From: Octopus bimaculoides
Lineage: Eukaryota
DNA: 64,000 nucleotides
NCBI RefSeq assembly: GCF_001194135.2
Contig: NC_068983.1
Span: forward strand, 23,220,412 to 23,284,411
Reading direction: 5' to 3'
Position numbers and translations under genes: made by a program
The notes under the pieces: model-generated
Databases searched by the model: none
What the model was told of the DNA's origin: nothing
The model's input: only the letters and a program-made list of their open reading frames with translations
Shown: piece by piece, positions 51,238 through 61,536 of the stretch
How positions within the stretch are numbered: position 1 is the first letter of the stretch
How the letters are laid out: each line of letters opens with the position of its first letter

Positions 51238-52313
51238 TTATGTTAAACTGTCATGTCCAAATTTGTCCAATTGTGTTTTATTTTCAGTATTTATTTTTGC
51301 TTGCAACAGCTAGTTCTTTTGGTCAAACTATCATATCTCCAGCTGCTTCGACAGTTTTGGTATGGAATGGTGAAACTATTTTTTTTGTTTGTTTTCTGAA
51401 AAAGCAACATTTTGGACTTACAACACTTTTGCATAATAGCNNNNNNNNNNNNNNNNNNNNNNNNNNNNNNNNNNNNNNNNNNNNNNNNNNNNNNNNNNNN
51501 NNNNNNNNNNNNNNNNNNNNNNNNNNNNNNNNNNNNNNNNATATATATATATATATATATATGGCAAATTGCTGTGCTTGAGATGACATCAAGCTAAGTG
51601 AAATCATGGACATGGCCTAGTGCTGGTGATATGTGAATGGCATCCGTGCTGGTGAAAGACAATCTGTACACTGTGGAGTGGTTGGCATTAGGAAGGGTAT
51701 CCAGCAATAGAAACCAAGCCACAACAGACTGGGACCTGGTGCAGGTCTCTGGCTTATCTCCTGTCAAACCATCTAAGCCATAGCAGCTTGGAAAATGGAT
51801 GTTAAATGATGATATATATTTGTACCTATGTTCCCAGGTGGCAGGCTTGATAATTGTTGAGAGATTTCTTTCTACATGAAACCATTGATAGCCTTGTTAA
51901 CCCACAAATATATATGTATGCCTTTCTTTGATGCTGAACTGCTGATGAAATTGGAGGGACACCAGTGTGTTGAGCATTTATTTTTCTAGACCTAATAGAG
52001 CCCATCGCTCTCCTGGTCTGATAATAGTTAAATTCTTTCAGAAATTGAGAAAGACAAAAACAGGTAAGTAGAAAAGAAAAATGAGTGAGAGAAAGAGAAG
52101 AATCTACCCCCAGTACAGGATTGGTACTTTAGTGTTGCCAAAAGGATGAAAAGCAAAACTGACCTGGGCAGGGTTTGAACTTGGTGTGCAGTGTTGGAAC
52201 AAAAATTTCTCCAATGCTCTAATAACACTGCCAATTGGCTGCCTTACATCATACAAAACCCCCAACACACACACAAACATGCATACATATACACACACAC
52301 CAACATATATAAT

Positions 52314-52348
<35 letters not shown>

Positions 52349-55300
52349 GGTGCGATGGGTAAATTGTCACTTTTATATTTTTAATTTCGTGCATGTGCAT
52401 TGTTTTTGATTTTGTTGACTGCACAGTATTGTAGGGTCAGTTGGGCACCATCTGTGAGAAAAACAGCACCATGATGCAACTCATTCTACCAGAAATTTGG
52501 AAACGTGCTGTACTGCTTGGCATTCAGAGTGGAAGCTCCAGTACGAACATTTCAGAGTGTTTGGGTGTCAGTCTGAGGACATGTGCTGAGAGTGATAAAA
52601 ATCAAGCATCCAGTCAACATCATGGTGTTTGGAGTGATCACTAGTGATGGCAATGTTATGCCTCCCTCTTGCCACATGGCCTCAGACTCAACAGGAAGAC
52701 CTACATGAAGTGCTTGAAGGAGGTAGTGTTGCCCTGGGTCAAGAGGGTGGCTGATGGAAGACTCTATATCTGGCAACAAGACTCAGCACCATGCTACACA
52801 AGCAGGAGAACCTAGTCATGGCTGTCAGACAATTTCTGCGATCATATCAGCCTTAACATCTGGCCACCTAACTCCCCAGACTGCAACTTCCTTGAATATT
52901 ATGTGCAGTTGAGCGAGAGACCAACAAAACTCCTTGTAGCACCACAGATGAACTGAAGGCAAGGATTATGGTATCATTCACCAACTTAAACAAGGAGACC
53001 ATCCAGAAGAGCTGCAGGAGATTCTGAAGTTACCTGGAGGTCATGGTTGAAACCAATGGTGATTTTATTGAATAAATTTACTCTTTAGTATTTCAAGATA
53101 TTTTTATGTAATTTTGGTATATATATATATACCAAATGTTAAAATGAGATGTCAGTGTTATTTTCATTTTTGCATACTTTAGATGACAGTTTATTCACTG
53201 CACCCTGTGTATGTATATATATATATATATATTTATATAAAATATTCTTTTCTACTCTAGGCACAAGGCCTGAAATTTTGGGGGACGGGACAGTCGATTA
53301 AATCTACCCAGTATGCAACTGGTACTTAATTTATCAACCCCGAATGGATGGAAGGCAAAGTCGACCTCAGTGGAATTTGAATTCTGGACATAAAGACAGA
53401 ACAAATATCATAAACATAAAGGGGACAGACAAAGGGATTAAGTCGATTACATCGATCCCAGTGCGTAACTGGTATTTAATTTATCGACCCCGAACGGATG
53501 AAAGGCAAAGTCGACCTCGGCGGAATTTGAACTCAGAATGTGACGGCAGACGAAATACTGCTAAGCATTTCGCCCGGCATGCTAACGTTTCTGCCTTAAT
53601 ATATAAAATATATTAATGACTGATAAGTGACGAAGAGTTCGTGATTTGTTTTCTGTTCGTCTGTGTATTTAGTATATGTTCTTTTTTTTATTTAATACAC
53701 GTTTTTTTAAAATTATGTATACATATATATATATATATACAGGTATGTCATATTTTCCGTTTGTTTTCTTCTTGTTATTTANNNNNNNNNNNNNNNNNNN
53801 NNNNNNNNNNNNNNNNNNNNNNNNNNNNNNNNNNNNNNNNNNNNNNNNNNNNNNNNNNNNNNNNNNNNNNNNNNNNNNNNNNNNNNNNNNNNNNNNNNNN
53901 NNNNNNNNNNNNNNNNNNNNNNNNNNNNNNNNNNNNNNNNNNNNNNNNNNNNNNNNNNNNNNNNNNNNNNNNNNNNNNNNNNNNNNNNNNNNNNNNNNNN
54001 NNNNNNNNNNNNNNNNNNNNNNNNNNNNNNNNNNNNNNNNNNNNNNNNNNNNNNNNNNNNNNNNNNNNNNNNNNNNNNNNNNNNNNNNNNNNNNNNNNNN
54101 NNNNNNNNNNNNNNNNNNNNNNNNNNNNNNNNNNNNNNNNNNNNNNNNNNNNNNNNNNNNNNNNNNNNNNNNNNNNNNNNNNNNNCACGCTCGAAATGGT
54201 GTCTTTTATGTGCCACCCGCACAAGCCAGTCCAGGGGCACTGGCAACGATCTCGCTCGAAAATCCTACAGGAGCCAGTCAGGCGGTACTGGCAACGGCCA
54301 CGCTCAAAATGGTGCATCTCATGTGCCACCCGCACAAGAACCAGTCCAGGGGCACTGGCAACGATCTTACTTGGCTTGCCGGGTCTTCTCATCATGCATT
54401 ATATAAAATATCTTGAATTCAAGAATCCACATGCATTCTGTAGAATAAATTAACTGGAAGTAACTAATACAGCAATGAAGTGCCTCAGAGACTGGTGTGA
54501 AGAAGGGAAGAATTTATCTTCAGAGCAGAGACCTGGTCCAGATATTTGCATTAGAGTGAACTCTGCTGAAGTTTCTCACCAGGATAGTGTTAAAGTGGGC
54601 AATAGTTATTGTGAACAATTTGCTTTACAGTGTATCAGACAAGCTTCTGCACTGTTACTATTAATCTAATTTCAGTCACAAGTCTTTGATAGAAGCCTTT
54701 ACTCTCTTTAACTTGTTTCAGTCATTTGACTGTGGCCATGCTGGAGTACTGCCTTTAGTCGAGCAAATCAACCCCGGGACTTACTCTTTGTAAGCCTAGT
54801 ACTTATTCTATCGGTCTCTTTTGCCGAACCGCTAAGTGACGGGGACATAAACACACCAGCATCGATTGTCAAGCAATGCTAGGGGGACAAACACAGACAC
54901 ACAAGCATACACACACACACACACACATATATATACATATATACGACAGGCTTCTTTCAGTTTCCGCCTACCAAATCCACTCACAAGACTATGGCCAGCC
55001 CGAGGCTATAGTAGAAGACACTTGCCCAAGATGCCACGCAGTGGGACTGCACCCGGAACCATGTGGTTGGTAAGCAAGCTACTTACCACACAGCCACTCC
55101 TGCGCTTTTGTTCAAATTTATATGCTGTGGATTTGAAAACACAATCGTATGACTGCAGCATGAGCTTGTTAACTGCACAGTCATATGTGTCTGAGAATAC
55201 TATAAATGTGAAAGGAAACTTACCAGTCTGTTGGGATAGATGCGGTAAATCATTTTATTGACTTTCTGGATAAATCTGCGAGGTAGTTTGCTTTCCAAAT

Positions 55301-58300
55301 CGGCATGTAATTCTACCTGTAAAATGGATTTTAAAATATTCAAGTAAATAAAGGATTAACCATATGGAACATTATAACAAAAGATATGTGACTTTGAAAA
55401 TAATTTAGACTTAAAAGGTTTTAAATAATAATTGTTGTGTAGGTATGAGTGAATAAATGAATGTTTGAACCAAACGAGATTTCTGTTTACACATTAAAGT
55501 ATAATTAATTCCATTATAAGAATACAAAGTATTCTAGAAAAAGTAGTTGTATGCTGTCAACTTAATGTGACAGTCCCATGAAGGGAATAATACTACTGCT
55601 ATTTAGCCCTAGGAAGCAGCACTGCTTCCTGTCGGCCTTGACACATTTCCTGTGTCCTTATGTTTACAAGAGGGAGACAAGCACCTCCACTTAGCTAAGC
55701 CTACATCCAGAGACATGTTTCTGTGTCTTTGCTTGTCATCAGTCTAGAGTAGCAATGGCCTGCTAGTTGGAGATGCTTGTGAAGCTCTTGTAAACATATA
55801 ATAATTCTAGTGACACATATTCACTGATTTCAAAAATAGAAATGATACATTTCTAAATCTCTCAGAGAGATTTATGCAGTAGTGATGCGATAAAGTTGTT
55901 GTATGCTGTCAACTTAATGTGACAATCCCATGAAAGGAATAATACTACTGCTATTTAGCCCTAGGAAGCAGCACCACTTCCACTGCATAAATCTCTCTGA
56001 AAGATTTAGAAATGTATTATTTCTATTTTTGAAATCAGTGAATGTGTTTCACTAGAATTATTATATGTTTACAAGAGCTTGACACGCATCTCCAACTAGC
56101 AGGCCATTGCTACTCCAGACTGATGATGAGCAAAGACTCAGAAACATGTCTCTGGATGCAGGTTTAGCAAAGTGGAGGTGCTTGTCTTCCCCTTGTAAAC
56201 ACAAGGACATAGGAAATGTGTCAAGGCCGACAGGAAGCGGTGCTGCTTTCTAGAGCTAAACAGCAGTAGTATTATTCCCTTCATGGGACTGTCACATTAA
56301 GTTGATAGCATACAACTACTTTATTGCATCATGACTGCATAAATCTGTCTGAGAGATTTAGAAATGTATTATTTCTATAAAGTATTCTCGCTTCGCTCTA
56401 AAATACATTTTGTAGTGGGGATGTGTGGCAGAAGTTGTAAGTTATAATTATCTTAGAGCACAGCTAGAAATAATTTGTACATTGTAATTCTATTTATATA
56501 AGTGTATGTGTGTGTTTGTGTGCATAGTTCTAGTCTTCCTGTAGCACTCTGTGTATGTTTATGTGTAATGTATATGAGAGAGGAGAGTGGGAAGGTAGAT
56601 ACATTAAGAGACCAAATGAGGCATAAAAATGTACCGTTGAAAGACAGAAAAATAGATCAGTTAGTGCGAGTGTATATTTATGAGTAAAGAAGGGAGTTGT
56701 AGAAATAAAAAAATAATATTACTAGTGAAAAAGCATATAAGAGAAAAAGGTATATTTGGGGAGAGAGAAAGCTTTAGGTAATATAATATCAATAAATTCA
56801 CTTAACCTGGATTTTGGTGAAAACAAAAATTTATCTCAAAATATTTTGGTTAGATAAAACACCTGATATTTAGTAGACATACACACAAACTCACACATAA
56901 ACATAAAGAAGAGAAAGAGTCTAACATCAATTTGTTTACATTCGACTGAACAGACCTATATTTATAAACCCCCCACCTGTGATTATTCTCTCTCAAGATG
57001 GTTGTAAGATTTGAGGTACATTTGGTTGTTATTTCAAAGCAGTTCAACGACCATGTAGAGACTCTATCATTGATTCAGTTTGTACTCTGTTGTATCCAGT
57101 GATACATCATTTGGTTCTGAGAGAACAAATGTATGCAACAGCTTTCATGCTTATTTTATGATTCAGAAACATTGCTACAGCATGTGTTGACCAGTGCAGT
57201 TCTTGAGTTTTCCCCCACTTTTGGGTCCTAAAGTCTGTACAGGCTTATATAGGTGACCCAAAAGTGCTGCCCTCATAAAAGCATCAACTGGGGTGGACAG
57301 ACCTTTTGTGTACCACCTAGCTAAATTACTGCAAGGATTTTATCGTTCTTCTTAATTGGTTAAGAATATTTATTGTGTTAGAAGGCTCAGTTGTGTTTAT
57401 GACATGCATACCTCTCCCAGAAGCATTTAGTGTGTAAGTGAAGTGAAATAACATCAACTGGGACTTAGACTAGATCACAGCAGTGTTTACTTCTTACTCT
57501 GTACTTATGACGTGTTTTCAGGAAGAAAAAGGTAATTATAACATACATGCTTCTCCTTAGAGCATTTACTATGTAAGTGAAATAAATGTTAGCCAAAAGA
57601 CATGGCTGTCACGTGTGAGTATGGGCTGCTTTCTCTGACTGTTTTCAGTGCCCATTTAGCCATGAGTAAACATTAGTTTGCCTCCTGGCACTACCCATCC
57701 TTGATTTAGCAGAACAATGAGGATGTAACAGTTGAAAGGAAAGAGGGCTGTACTAGCCCTAGCTGGGGCTCATTTTCAGCTGAGTAAACCGGAACAGCAT
57801 GAAATGAAGTGCATTTGTTCTCAAAAACATAATTTGTTGGCTGGTTGAACCTACACCTTAAGATCACGTAACCAACTCACTTAAACACATGGTTTGATGT
57901 TCACTTCTAATTCTATGGGTTATAATCCATTCAGTCATAAAGATATCACTGAAGACTTCATTGTCATCGTTATGCAGGGTAAGTCAGCATGGCAGAGGGA
58001 TCAACCTTCTCCAAACTGTACTCACAAGAGAAGTTCAACTCAGTGCTGAGAGTTAATGAAATTCTTATCAATTTTATAGACCTTAAAGGGGTAAGTTGCT
58101 CCTACACAACAGAATATATTTACAACCTTGTGCACTGGGTTAGTTAAGAGTTTTGGTTATATACAAATCATGGCTGTTGTTGTTTAAGCTCCAGCCCAGC
58201 CCTAATTGAGTATATCTATAATGAAAGGCATTGTAATTGTTATATACTCACTTCTACCCAAAACTTGTATATTTACTAACTAACTGGCGCTTTGTTGGTT

Positions 58301-61300
58301 ATGGTGATGAAGGCTCCAGCTGGTCTGATTAACAGAACAGCCTGCTCTTGAAATTAACATGCAAATGGCTGAGCACTCCACAGACAAATGTACCCTTAAT
58401 GTAGTTCTTAGGGAGATTCAGCATGACACAGAGTGTGACAAGAGATGGCTGGCTATTTGGAATACAGGTACTACTCACTTTTGTCAGCTGTATTGACTGA
58501 AGCAATGTGAAAGTATTTTGTTCAAGGACGTGTCGCTGGGAATTGATCTCATGTCCTTATGATCATAAGCTGAATACCCTGACTACTAAGCCATGTGCCT
58601 TCACTATTCATATATTTAGGTTTATATCATGCAATGTGATCATCTTTTTTAAGATGGTAGGATGTGACATGAAGGAAATTTGGTTGCTAGGCTTGCTTGT
58701 CAGTTCAATAGTGAGAGAATATTAACTGCTAGCAACTTAATCATCTAATGACTTGTGTCCCCACTCATGGTGACTTGTTGTGTACCATTAGCAATATCTA
58801 TAAAGTGCCACTTCGTAATCAATCATACTCCATTCCTCCATTACCAAACTGAAGCTTTGTGCCTATGTCAGAAAACAATATCTACCTGCATTGTCAATCT
58901 TTTTAATCGAGCATCTCTGATGACAGCATCAATATTGCCAACAGCCAGACCGATCTGAAAACGCAAAAGAAAAAATGATATTAAAAAGAAAGGGGTCCCT
59001 TATCTGCTTTCCATACTCTTGTACCCCTTTTATTACCATATTTGTGATGAAATATACTGCTTTTGTTGCAATTAATTTTGAAAATAATCTTTTACTTGTT
59101 TCAGTCATTAATCTGCAGCTATACTGGGGCACTGCCTAGAAGAATTTTTTAGTTGAATGGATTGACTCAAGTACTTATTTTTTTAAAGCTTGGTACTCAT
59201 TTTATCAGTTTCCTTTGCCAAACTGCTAAGTTATAGGGATGTAAACATACCAACACCAGCTGTCAAGTGGTGATGGTGAACAGACACCGGCAGAAAGACT
59301 CACACATATATCTTTTTCAGTTTTGTTGTGTGGACGCCCCCAGGCAATAAGTAGGCTTGTCCAATACGTATAAATAGTGGACATGACAGCTAGACGGAAA
59401 GCGTTGTGTAGAGTGAGCTGGGGCCATCGGTAGACTAGACATAGAGTTCTGTAGTGTCAAGTCGTTGGAAGTGAGAGTTGAGTAGAGGTCATCCGCACAT
59501 GCAATATAACAAGTTTCCATCTACCAAATCCATTCACAAGGCTTTGGTCGGCTCCAGAAACCATGTGGACGGGAAGCAAACTTACCACACAACCACTCAC
59601 GCACTTATATGACCACTCCAGTGCCTATAATGAAGAATTTCGTAAAATAACTCAGTCATTATTAAGTTGAAGTTTGAACGTAAACTAACATGAAATTTTG
59701 ATGGAAGGTTTTAATTTAAATCACTTCAGAAAAGCCAATTTGTATCATAAAACTAAATCTTGCGTAGGTTGGTATCAAAAGGGTTGATTTTTAAACTGAA
59801 GATATATGTGTGTGTGTATCATGGTTTAAGGTTTAATATTACTGTCTCTTCTATCCTTGTGCCAAAATTTGAAACCAATATTACTTTCATTGCTCTCTTA
59901 CTTTTGTCTGCAAGGTACTGGTTAGGTCACTTAAATCTGTCAACCTTGGCACCTAACCAGTACTGGAACATGACAAAGTGCTGAAAAACAAACTTTAACC
60001 CTTTAGCATTCAGATCATTCTCTCAAATGTAATGCATAATATTCACATAGTTTTGAATTAAGCATGCATTATCTTATAGCTTCAAGATTTCAATGATGAG
60101 ATTGTTTATTTTCGCAATGTCATAATTGGGTAGATGTGAGAGGCCAAATCTAGCTGGTTTCAACATAAAACAAGTAGAATATAGAAAGAAAACTTTAAAG
60201 TCAGCTTGTTTTATTTTTGAAGAGAGAAGAAGAGAGAGAGAAATGCTATATCTACTTAATGAGAAATACTATAGGAGCCATCTAACAAATATTGTTAAAA
60301 AGATCAATGTTTCAACAAAATATGCATTGAATTTATAACGGGGATGAAGATATTTTTTAAATAAATATATAGTTAGTTAAGAAGAAGAAATGTATTTACC
60401 AGCAAATTCATAAGCATGATGGGTGTGAATAACATGAACATGGCCAACATTAGAATACTGACATTGCCGAAATGTAATGTGTATGGATCATCATCTGTAA
60501 ATGGCTCATTGAAATTATCCATAAACTCTGGTTCCAGAATCATCATTCCAACTCTTAAGATAGACAAGGCTGGACTACGGTGAGCATGGGATTCCTATAA
60601 AAGAAATAATTGTTTTTACTTATATAAATCAAACCCCTTAATGTGTCAGCATCATTATTATTATTATCATTAATGTGGTGAGCTGGCAGAATCATTAGCA
60701 TGCCAGACAAAATGCTTAGCAGCATTTCATCTGTCCTTATGTTCTGAGTTCAAATTCTGTCAAGGTTGACTTTGCCTTTCATCCTTTCAAGATCAATATA
60801 TTAAGTACCAGTGAAACACTGGGGTCGATATAATTGACTAACCCTCCTCCCCTAAAATTTCAGGTCTTGTACCTTTAGCAGAAAGGATTATTATTATTAT
60901 TATTATTATTATTATTGGCATATACGCCCATTACCCATTTTGTCATCTTCGATCTCATTGTTTGTTTATATCTGATGTTTCAGATATGAAACATCATAAC
61001 AATGCTGACTATAATTTCTATAGAAAATCTGTAGAGATAACTTTAACACATGATTTAAGTGCTAACACAGCAGTACGCAGTATTGACATATAAAAATGTT
61101 TAATATACTTTGTAGCATATTATGGTTGCATAATGCAATACTGTGTGCTAAAAAGTCATTAATATTTACATACCAGCTTCCAGGAATGTGTTCAATATGT
61201 AAATTGGTATATCCAATAACATTACACCACTGTATTTAGTGGCTAATTAAGCAATGAGTTCGTCAATGATTAATGGGTTAGATGGGTGCTGAGGAAGGAG

Positions 61301-61483
61301 CAAAAACTCCTGAAATATGGCATATACGCCCATTAATCATTTTCCCATCTTTTTCATCTTTTCCATCTTTAATCTCATTGACACAATAGTACATGATATT
61401 GATTTATAAAAATGTTTGATATACTTTGTCTTTGTAGCATATTATGGTTACATAACAAAATACCATATGCCTAAAAGTTGTTA

Positions 61484-61536
<53 letters not shown>

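Larger units (their letters stand above)
55536..56378 (+). mobile_element. Hammerhead-bearing retrozyme-like element (352-bp unit), 5'-inverted, 10-bp TSD
   Basis: 352-bp period in both orientations (55546/55898 and 55982/56334); inverted arms 55541-55880 vs 55982-56321; perfect AAAGTATTCT direct repeats at 55526-35 and 56379-88. Confidence 0.85.

Noticed and set aside
54475-54669. GC-richer unique stretch and 64-aa ORF considered as a missing TRPA exon
   Set aside because: No in-phase - strand frame with good splice sites or TRPA similarity.
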